Assembly (NCBI GenBank): GCA_030141605.1
Contig: JAQGDQ010000003.1
Coordinates: 1 to 64,000, forward strand
DNA from: Tubiluchus corallicola
Lineage: Eukaryota > Animalia > Priapulida
DNA length: 64,000 nt
Direction of reading: 5' to 3'
Positions 27,401 through 39,400 of this stretch are shown here, one piece after another; the first letter of the stretch is position 1, and each line of letters starts with the position of its first letter. A program made the position numbers and the translations under genes. A model generated the notes under the pieces. It saw nothing but the letters and a program-made list of their open reading frames with translations, ran no database searches and had not been told where the DNA came from.

Positions 27401-30400
27401 AAACAGCCAGACCTTCAAAAGCAAACGGCTAAGCAAGTGATTAAATGTTTAGTTTCCAGGAATTCTTGGGTAACAGGTTAACATATTCAAAGCAAAACCG
27501 CTACACTACCGTATTAGCGCATGATAAACGTACTTGCTTACAAACAAAATGGTACTTGACATTATTGTTTCTACATATATTTATAATCATCACCATCAGG
27601 ATATGCTCATCCACTGTTGGATGAATCCCTCTTCCCTAGCTCGCAACAATGTCCTGTCTTGGGCGCCACTCTGCCAACTAATTTTCTGATATTTCACAAG
27701 TTCATCACGCCATCTTGTTGATGGACGTCCAGGATTCCTTCGCCCATTCTAAGGGCAGCAGTCTGTTAACTGCTTAGTCCATCTATTGTTTTTAAATCTA
27801 GCCAACTGACCAGCCCATTTCCATTTCATTTTCACCACAAATTCAAGAATGCCTGTTGTCCTTGTTCGCTTTCGAATCTCTTCATGACTAGTCCTATCTT
27901 TCAACGAAACATTCACCATTATATGCTCGACCGCTCTCTGAAATGTCTGTAACCGCTTTTTCTGCAACTCCGTCAAATACCAAGTTTGACAACCATATGT
28001 CACCGCCGGCAATATGCATTGATTCCAAATCTTTCTCTTTAGACAAGTTGGAATATGTCTCTTCGATATAATATCTTTATACTTTGAGTATAAAGCCCAA
28101 CCAGCATTCTCTCTGTTAGTTATCTCGTGGTCCATCTGATGTTCCGTTCTGATCTCCTGCCCTAAATATTTATAACTCTCCACGTGTTCTATCTCATCTT
28201 GTCCGATGTTAACCTTCTCTTTAGTGGGACAGTTTGTCATTACATTTGTTTTTCCTCGATGCATTTTAAGGCCAATTCCTCGGCACTGCTCGTCTAAATC
28301 GTTCAACTGTTCCTCGAGATTATTCAGATCATTTGCGAATAAGGCGACATCATCTGCACAGTGGAGATTACTGATGATCTCACCGTCAACTATATATACA
28401 TTATATATCATATATTATGGCACACAAAAGCGAAGCAAAGATGACATAAAAGTAGAAAGGGCTCTTTCGGCTCTTATTTTAAGGAGGTGAAGGCAAAATA
28501 TTGAGTCGATTATGCGGAATTATTCGAGTCAATTACCGACAGTTTTTATGTACATTTAAATAGGAGCTGCCCGTACCAAGCGTTTTTGAGTTAATTAACC
28601 GTGAGTCTATTAAGTGGTACCTATTGTATAATAAACGAGATAAAGGTTTCTAACAAAGGTAAGATTAAATTTAATGATACACTTTCAGATATGCTTACAA
28701 TACACATATCAATGAAATGTACAATCACTAAGTGATGGAAGTAATTTCCAAGTTTTTTGTAGCTATTAATTTGGTCAAAACAAAAAATAAAAAATACATT
28801 TATATCTAAATTTGTGACAATTGACACACATTCAACTTTGCATTAGAATTTAAACACATACTATAAAAGACTGTGAACAGCAAACCTGCAATGCATGCAC
28901 AGTTTTCTTATTAGATTTATTCACATTTTGGTTTACAAAAAACAATTATGTCATAAAATTTTAACTGCAATGACTATACAATCTCAATACTATACAATGT
29001 ATAAAGTGTGATACATAGATTGGGTTTCTGTGATGGCCCCATAGGTCTATGGTGCCTCTCTTCAATACCGGCATCAGTTTGAGCTATATTTGCACTTGCA
29101 CCACTATTGTTATTACTGTTATTGCTCCAACCCTACTGTTTATAGGTACCTTGTTTGAGTGCAGATTGTAATAAGTATTTAGTTTGGTTTTTCTATGAAT
29201 CACTTGCTTGACACTGACCTATTTTCCGATCGCCATTACCTGCACAGATAGACATAGACAGATGCGAAATAGGCAGGCAGTCTGGGCTAGGTGACGTCCA
29301 GTTACAAACACGTCAAAAGTGGTAAAAATGCTTTCACCTTTTAACTAGCCCAGACAAACGTAGAACGATTATCAGCAGTTTGATGCTTTGAACCTATGTT
29401 ATTTCGGAATTACACTAATGAATGGAGCACTAAATGCAAGAACTAGTTGCAGTGTAATTGTTATGGAGGAAAGTGGAACACCCGCTATGAGATGGTGATT
29501 AGTGGCCCCTTTTGATGGACTGGTGGATAACAACACCTGATGAGACCATTGTAGTGGTGGAAGTAGGCCTCCAAATTATTAGAGTCGTTACTTGAGAGGA
29601 TTCCCATACAAATTAGCCATTAGTGGTGCTTGGAGTTCCCATGACCAATGGTTGGAGTACGCTGGTGGTGAGCGACAGATACCAGTCATCAGGAGCTCCT
29701 TTCTTGCTCTTTGCGGTGAGCAGGACTTGTTGAGAAACCTGTAGACCAACCTGATGTCTGCACATTATTTTCCTATTACGTGGCACCACGGTATGAGTAT
29801 TTAACTAGAGCACTAATATTAATGAGGTAGCTATACCTTATGTACATTTTATGTGTTTGCGTTGTATTACAACCTAGCTTAATATGTTAAAATTGTCATG
29901 TCAAAATATATCGTTAAAAAACCTAAGCTTAACTCTTTTGCTATTTATGTATGAAGACGTAATCGATGCCTGATGACTAAAGGAGTAATACCGCGAGAAC
30001 CCCCTCGTAGCTGTAAGTCCTTATCACACTTGGCTAGTAGTCAGGTCTTAGGTACTTCCTCACCCCAAGAACTGACCCCATTACACTGTCACAGTTTCCA
30101 TTAATTTCGGATTAGTGTGTTAGCACTCGGCAGGGATTATAGGCACAAATTTTTCATAATGAAAATTAAATGTATGATTCATCTACAGTAGAAAAGAAAC
30201 CATGCTGTCACAAGTATGACTCCAGGTTTAATAGTCCTGAAGTTAATGTTTAGCTCAGTTATGAGGTGAACTATCACAGATATTGTGAATGTGAAATTAA
30301 CCTGCAATTACTAATATCATCTTTAGCCATAAATTGTGATTTTTCCAATTACATTTCATTGTCGCACAAATTAATCAGCACTTACAGCTTTATAGAACAA

Positions 30401-33400
30401 TATTAATTTCACTTGTCCTACTGTTAACTTAATTAAATGCACGAAGCTTTGATACTAAAATGTAATGTTCTCTGGTCTGTCTGGAATTAGATTTCCTAAC
30501 ACAGAGCTGCAAAAACTTGTCTTAAACCTACCTGTACAATTTCTATCCAGTCTATCAAACTTTTCTTTACAACTTATGGTCCGTTCGTTTCAATTCAGCC
30601 AGATATGACTGGTTTAATTGTTACTGTTGGTCCATGCAGGTCAACAGGGGGGGGGGGGGGGGCTAAATGCAACAGCACATCAGAAAGACGATGTTTATGA
30701 TACATGAATTTTAAAACTTTTACAACTTCAGCCAAAAACAAAGTTTGGAAGACATTTTCATGACAAGAAATTAGCAGTATGATATCTGTAGTACTTTATC
30801 ACTCACCAAAGCAAGAGCATCTTTACAATCATATTGGTCTAAGGCATCCTGTACAAGTGCAAAAAGAGCTCTGTTAGAGCGAGAAGCCTCCGTGCCTCCC
30901 TTGAGGAGCAAACCATTGCCACTGCTTATAGCAAGAGCTGCAACCTGTAAATCATACGAAAAAACTACAAAACTGCAAATCCACAAAATTTGTTTAGCAA
31001 AAGTCTCTAGTAAATTGATAATTAAATGAGATGAATAATTCTCATGCACTGCTGTGTTTTTTGGAATATAACTGCTAACAAAAAAATAAAAAACTATGAA
31101 AAACAAAGAGTATTGAAACACGCCATATGCATTATGAACCCATTAAAATGAAATATTAAGGATTACATACTGCACAACACCAAATTATCCTTTTGGTAGG
31201 CTGTCTATTAACATTAAAAATGCTGTAACATTCTAAAAACACTTCTAATAAAATGCCAGAAGATTTCATAAAAACAGAAAATCACCAAATGAGGTCAATA
31301 AAACACTTCCCATTAACTTTAAAAACATTGTAACTAACTTAAGCATAAATTCCAAAAGTACAATAACAAACCAAAAATTTTAACAAGATGTAAAAAATAA
31401 GCTAATAAGTTCTAAACAAATACAAGTTACGGTAGATTATCTGTGACAAATCTAGTCAGGAGGAAACACAGTTTTCTCATCAGTGTTGGTCCTTGGGCTG
31501 CATGACAAAAGCATCACAATCTTGCATAGCGATACACATACCTGAGGTAAACAATCTGGCCTTGATTCAAATATTACAAGCAAAACTCCCACAGGTACAG
31601 TTTCCTGGCGTAAAAACATACCTATAAAAATAAACATCTCAACATTTAACACGGTTCTAAAATGTACAAATAAATCATAACAAAAGGCTTGTAAATATGC
31701 ACATCTATAAAATTGAAAACTAGTAATCAGCAATTGCTTTCATATAGACAGCATTATAGCTACATAGCTAAAGTTAGATATTATTTTGGGAGGGTTTGGT
31801 TTTGGAAAAAATATCCAGGAAGCAGCACATAAATCAACTAGTACAATGTACTTTATAGAGAGCCAGTTTTATATTTATTTATATCTCTTACAAAACTCCC
31901 GATCACCAGCAACACTGCTCCATCTAAAGATTTTAAATCTTTGTAAATCCTTAAATTCTAGTTTGGCTAGAATCAATTAAGCAAATTCTTAACCACCCTT
32001 CTTCCACCCTCAGAGATGAATGTGTTTCCATGTGAATCTAAGCTTCAAGTTAAGACATGTCTTTGGCAGGAATTATTTCTGTTGCAATTTTCTTTTGAGT
32101 TGTATACTCTGTACTTAATTAGTAAATAATTATAAACTACAAGAAAGAATAACTTAGTGATAAACATTGTCTTATTTCAATTTATTTATTGTGTGATTTT
32201 TTTCTTGTCGCAAGTTTTTCCATGTTAAAAAAGTAATGTTTAAGTAATATAATAATAATAATTATAAAACAAAAAGTTACACACATTATCACATACCTTC
32301 TGCAATCTTAATTTGCTTGAGAACCCGCCCAATGTTGTCATAAGAAGAATTAGCAATCTGGATCAGTCCCTCAGACAAATTAACCAGTTTGGATTCAGTC
32401 AAACTCAGTCTAGCCAGCAATGGCACTGACAGTCCTGCATGGCCAAATAAAAAAAACATAAGAGCATTTAATTAGTTCATCACACCTGAAATGTAAAGGA
32501 ACATAAAGCAATACCTTAGTTACTATAAAATTATTTACATTAAAAATAACGGATTAACAAAATAAACTATAGCACAACTTCATTCACCATTTCACAGTAT
32601 GTAAATAAAGGATTATAATAATTTTTTTAACTAAACACCAATGACATCTAAACTAAAAACTAATCATTTTAAGGATGTTTTGTGCAAAGGATCACTCATT
32701 GCCTAAAAGAATAAAAAAACAGCTTAAGTAAGTACCCGCAATGATAAACTTACCTGATCGTCGTGCTGCCTCCATGTCCATTTTGTTAGCTGTTAGTATT
32801 TCCTCTTTTCTCTGTAGAAGTAAACCAGCCAAGGTGCAAACAATTTCAGCGCGTTCGCTAGGCTTCAAAGATTGCAGCTTTCGACTACCTTCTCTTGCTG
32901 AAGTAGAGAGTACTTAATAATTGCATGACTGTATGACATGAGCGAAATGCACTCTTCTTGATCACATTTGTATCTAACCTTTGTTAATAACATTGCATTC
33001 CACAGATTATATATTGCCCATATTTAAGACTCTGGGCAAAAGAATTGATTGCCATTCTGAAGCAGTCAATCTCTATGGTAAAAATAAGAAAGACTTTATC
33101 ACTTTACGTCTGCTTAATTGGATTTCCAGTACATATAATACAAGCTATAACATGTGGTAACCATCATCCAGTAACCATATTAGCACTCAAATTACTACAT
33201 ACTGCAGCAAAATACATTACTATGTTGCTCGTGAAAGACGCAATTCGAATGCCAACATGATTAAAATATGGTTCATTAGAATGACGATAACCCATTTAGA
33301 CTAATTTAGTCGGCATTTGGCTAACTATGCTGCTAAGTTGTGGCACATTCTACATACAGAAAAGAGAAACATTTTTCGTTTCAAAAATGTCTAAATTTGA

Positions 33401-36400
33401 AATTGGAACTTGAAAGTAAAACAGAAATACTGTTTGTTAAAATTATAAAGTTTTCTAAGATCATGTGGCAATTTGAACTTATATAAGTATTTAGTCTCTT
33501 TTTTAAATTTCCCAATAAGTCCCAAAAAACTTTTCATACAATGTTATATTGCTAAACATTACGCTAACCTGTTTGCAAGACTTATGTAACTAAAAAACAA
33601 AATTCTTAATAATTTAAAAAGTTAGAGCCAAAGGCGAACGCACGCACGCACACACACACACACACACAGCTATTGCATCTAGCTAATTTCAAAACTTACA
33701 AATATTACAAACTTACAAACCTCTCATTGCTTGGAGCTCGACAGGTGTGCTAGTGTTTCGTGAAGATGTAAAAAACGTTCCCACCTTTTTGCCGTTCACA
33801 ATATCGCGTATGGCGTTCTTTCCTGCACCATTGCAGATAACAACAGAGGTGCCACGTTCAAGTGCCCAGGCTGAAGACTTAATCTAACATGAAAATGTCT
33901 TGATGTAGTTACAATAAATAAATTATTAATGGGTTTTATTAAAAAATCACACCGTAGCAGCAAAACTGAATACAACGTGTGAATACAATAAAAATAGAAA
34001 AAAAGAGTAAAAAAACACAATCATTACAAGGTAAAAATTTGGAGGAATGACATTACAAAGTCAGTAAAATCAGTTTAAAACCAACTGAGCCAGACATTTT
34101 TTACTATAATTTAGAAAGAAGTTCCTGATTACTATTTATAGTTCTAATTACAACAGGTATTGGTGAATGTTTATAACATTGTGTTCCAATTTTAGGCATG
34201 ACTAATTTATTTAAAATTTCGAGTAATACGACTGCTCACACTAAGATGTGAAACAGGAAGCAAGTGTCTATGGTACTGTACAATGTTAGAAGCAAAATTT
34301 GCTGGCATATTAAATTGCTAATGTTAATGTAGCATGCCAAAACAAGATAATGGGAACAGTGATATTACTTGGCAAAAAATTGTTTTTTACAGGGACAAAA
34401 AACACGTATTTCACGTTGCTGGATACACATAGACAAACCTGTTAGATAAACTTTAAATGTGCATGTTTTGGCTCTGGAATTTTTGCCCACATATATCTAT
34501 GTAATGTTGCACACCTGATGTTTTTGTAAACTGCCAGTATCATTAAAAATATGAGGCTGTTGAGACTAGCCTATGGTAGCGAATGCTTCTGAATCGCGAT
34601 TAAAGCAAAAACTGTGTAAACAAATGCGCTCCTGTCCGAAATAATGGAGAGCGGGAATAAAGGCTGTACCGATTTGGTAAAGCTGGCCATTCAAATACGA
34701 CATCAAATCACCAATTAATATCTACAAATTACCTTACTATCCATTCCTCCCAAACCAACTCGAGACTTTTCTCCAAATGAGACACCAGCAAAATCTCCTT
34801 GAGGACAAAAGGAATGCAATAGTCTGGCACCATCCTACATGTAAACAGCATTGTTACGTCTATGTAATGAGAGTATTTATGCCCCAGATAAAATAAATTT
34901 AAATAAAAAACAAACGGACTGATTTGTCCGAATAACAAATGACCAATCAAATTCTTATGTATATTTATTTTGATAGGAATCTGAAATCAGATACAGTATA
35001 TATACCGAGGCAGCATAAGAAGTCAGAAAATGAGCATTTGAATGAAATTTTGTTTCTATGTGGTTCAGTGAAACTTCACACTAATTTAAAATTTATGCAA
35101 TGCAATATTTGCTAAAATACAGCAATTTTTAAGAAAAATATGTATTTTTCTATGTTATGCACATTATCCTGCCAGACATAATGCACCTTATGCTATAGTA
35201 TCTAACACATAACTATCTGATTTCAATTTTCTGCATCCTACCTACCATTTCCAACAAACATGAAATTACGATCTTGTGCAAGATTTGCTATTTTTATTTA
35301 CCAAATAATGCGCCAATGGCCCCACGTTATGAAGTTCCAGGGTTGACAATATTGATGGCAATTCTAAAAATGCTTGTTATAAATTAGTGGCCATATTGTA
35401 AATTTATACTTACCATAGTAATAAGTACATTAATTTCGCCACCGATGTTTACCTGCACTTTGACCAGCAAAAGTAGCACACATAAACACATAAATAAACA
35501 GATCACCTATTAATGTTTACATAAAGGCACCTAAGGTATGGAGAACACTGACCTAGTTTTTTCAAATGTTCATTAAGACCTTACTCACCTGTCCTGGTGG
35601 CTGAGTATAAATACCATCCACATCTGTCATAAAGAGCAGTAGATCTGCTTCCATCTCAACAGCCAGCCTTGCAGCTAAACTGTCATTATCTTTGATGCTT
35701 ATTACCTGACAAAAAAGGTTTAAATTCTATAAACCACTTCTAGATCACAGTCATCAATACATGCAGTAAAACTCTGTCATATATTGAGCAATACAGTTAT
35801 TTCAAAATACACGCATTTTCTATATATGCTATTTTTTTTGTCAATCCATATCAGATGTACAATTTTTACTCACAAATATTATTACATGATATTACATAAT
35901 TACATATTACATTATATAAAGCTTACATAATTATTCAAAATAAAGCATCAAATACTGAAAAAACATTTCTAACTAATGAAGGTTTTTTCCGTTAACAGTA
36001 AGCAACCATTACTAAATATTAGTTGAGATACATGTTAATGATTGCAAATGTGACATCTAATTTGCTGGTAATTTGCTGACATCTAAGTTCTAATCAACAC
36101 AGGGAGCAGCATAATTTTCATAGAAATTTCATTGCAGAGAACACAGCCTTGGTGGAAAATCAATAATTTACATAACAAGAAATAAACAGATACTTGTGGT
36201 TGAGTGGCATGTGAAAAACCTACACCGGCTAGATCCTTATCCGGTTCAGCAGGTGCTGCCACTGCATCATTGGCATTGACAATGGGAAGAATTTTCAGCC
36301 GCATCAGTTCTGTTATAGTCGCACGAAGATTTGCCCGGGTACTGTCATTCTGAAAGTCTGGTGTTGTCACCAATACCTAGACAGTTATAAGTAAGAGCAA

Positions 36401-39400
36401 GAATATAATCTTGATTTTTACAAAAACAACTTTAAAATTTCTAGCCATTACAAAAGTTACTGTCAGTCAACTGATATACGAAACTCCTAGTATAACAAAA
36501 TGTCACTGTAACAATAAGAACAAATAATACAAGACTAGCTTCCTTAATAACATTACAGTCATTGTTTTTGCATTTAAGTGAAATAGAATAGATTATAATT
36601 AAGCTTTACAGCATCAAAGTGGCACTTTCAATGATTATGCCACTGAAATGGTTTTAATTTTTTTATTGTGAATAAGACAGAAAAAGTTATATGAATTACT
36701 GTAGTCAAATCCCACCCCAATGCTAAATGGCAGCACTCAGTGAATGCAACACAATTACAGTTACGTAGATCGGCACACTGTATGATTCTGATCGTTCTAA
36801 ATAAAGACAGATCAAGAGCCAAAGCGAAAGGTTTTGCATATATGATGCAGACAAGTAACTAAGTTTTCAGTTATAAACATTTGTGTTTCATAACCACTCG
36901 AAATACATTAGTCTTGTACAATTCGTAAATTGAGCCCACCGTCGTCACTAATATTAGCCTGTAAATAATTAATAGTTTAAATGTTATAGTTAAAAGTAAA
37001 ATGTAAGTGAAGTCATAGTTGTTCAACACATTCTTAGCAATGAAGTGGTAACAATATAGATGGTGATTGCAAAAGACCCACCTGAGAAACCGTTATTCCA
37101 TACTGGGAAAACATGACATCATACAATGACATGAGACCACTTTGACCGACTGCCGCACAAGCACGAGGGTCAACTATAGATGTACCAACCTAAAAAAATA
37201 ACAAATAGAAGTTTGTTAAAACACCAAAACAGCTGAAACAAACAACATTTTGTATTGTAGCTAAGCAAAATATTGTTACAATAACTTATATTAATTTATG
37301 TCCTACTGAACGATATTAAATAGTACACCAGATAAGCATTGTTACCAGGTATCAAATCAATATTTTCTCCAATAACCAAACCAAAATTCAAATTAACGGT
37401 GCGTAACAGTTGAAAAGAATATTGAGCTGTAATGTGATGCAGCTCAATAGTGCACTATGTTAAATACCCAGAATTTTTGACAACCCTAGCAAGTTGAAAC
37501 AAAGTATCACAAAGTTTTACTCAGTATGCCTCTAATTTTTTTGCAAAACTGTTTGCCAACTGCTACAGACAAACCAGTGCATCCAGATCAGTAGATCACT
37601 AAATTTTAAAACATTCCACTCAGAAAAGTTGAAAGGAAACAATATATGGAATGCAAAACAAAATAAAATGCATTGGTATTTTGGGCTGTATTTGTCTCTA
37701 TGCGACCAAGGTTTGAATGCTTACAATAAAGATAGTTAGCCAGGTACATGTATTATAATGTCTGAACTGCAAAGCAGTTAAACAGGTAAGTGGACAAATT
37801 ATAACTTTTGTACCCGCACAACAAGAAAGTGCTTCATCTAATTCAGTTTTAAGGGTCTCTCAGTCATCTGAAAAAGTATGCCACATGGCCTGCAGTACTT
37901 AGGACAAATAATACTTTTCCTACATAAACTCGAAGGTGCAGCATATAAGCCCATATTGTATCTCAACCAAGATTCTACATTAATAATAGTACTAACTGTA
38001 ACTATAAAATAGCAAAATATAAAAATAATTTGCACACCGTTAAGTAGGTAAGTGAAGATACTATAAGTTGTGTTCTTGTTCAACAAAAAAATATTTAGCC
38101 TAATCCAATTTTAAGCCTCTCTTCTTCTGGTTGTAAAAGTATACAATAACAGCCACAAATGGTAATCTTACTAATATAAACTCGAGTACAACCTCAATTT
38201 AGTTATTATAAGTAAAGCAAGATTAAGTACCTACAGCTGTATTAACAGCAAAGAATAAAACATACTAAATCAATTGCAGGCACAGTAGCTCAATGAAAAT
38301 TGCAGCAACACTCAGAAAGACTTTTGGTATTTTCAATTCACTCTAATACAGTTAAAATTTATTTGTCTTTTTCATGGTAATACAATTAGCTTTTTTATAA
38401 TGTACAGTTTTGATGTACGTGAATAGGGATCGGGTACAGAAAAGCCATATGGCTACAGAATCATACCACCAACTGAAACAGTCTTAACTATGGTACTAGC
38501 AGTAATTGTAAAATATCGCAATATAAAAATAATTAGCACAATACTGGGTGTACTTATCTAGAATTACTCACTCTTCCATTAAACGACAAGGTTTGTCTCA
38601 TGCTCATTGACATCAGTACCTGCTGCCGCAAATGCTGCTTACCAAAAGCTACAGCACCACTTGTTACTATGAGGGCTTCTTTTCCTTGATTGTGTAACTC
38701 AGAGACCTAACATAATAAAGTTCTAAGTAGTTTCTATTTTCTAAGATAATAGGCTAAGGCACAGTAATTGGTAAGTTCTGGAAGTTGGAGAATAAAGACA
38801 GTATGACGAAATGCTTTTGCAGTCATCACTGATACATGCCTCCAGTATAATAATATTTCATGCTGGTTAACCTCCCAACTCTATTCACTAATTAACACTA
38901 GAGCTGCAATGGCTCTAACATAATTAATTCCAATTCAACATTCATGACTTCAAACTTTGTATATTATTATGCTCTCCACATTTGGATATAGCAATGAAAG
39001 TAAATGACAACTAAAGTGGACACATAAAAACATATCAATATACAATTATCGAATAAACCTCTGATAAAAGATATATGTTACCACAGCTTTTTTAAAGTTC
39101 ATTATAAAGTAGATGTGACAAGGTCATTATAAACATTTCTCAGTTATAGTCAGATTATCTAAATTCTATAACTAGGAACTACATGAATAATTCAAGAGCC
39201 CATAATACTTCTTCCATAAAGCAAATGAGTGACAACTGATTATCAAAGTCAATATTATACATTTAGCCAGTAAAATTAGAAGACATTTTAGAGTTGTGCT
39301 GATCAAAGATACAGCTTATCCCATGATTTAAAAAATATACTCAATAATCCCCTCTCAGATGAAGGCAAACAGTAAAGTTAAAAAGAAACTACTTGTATTA

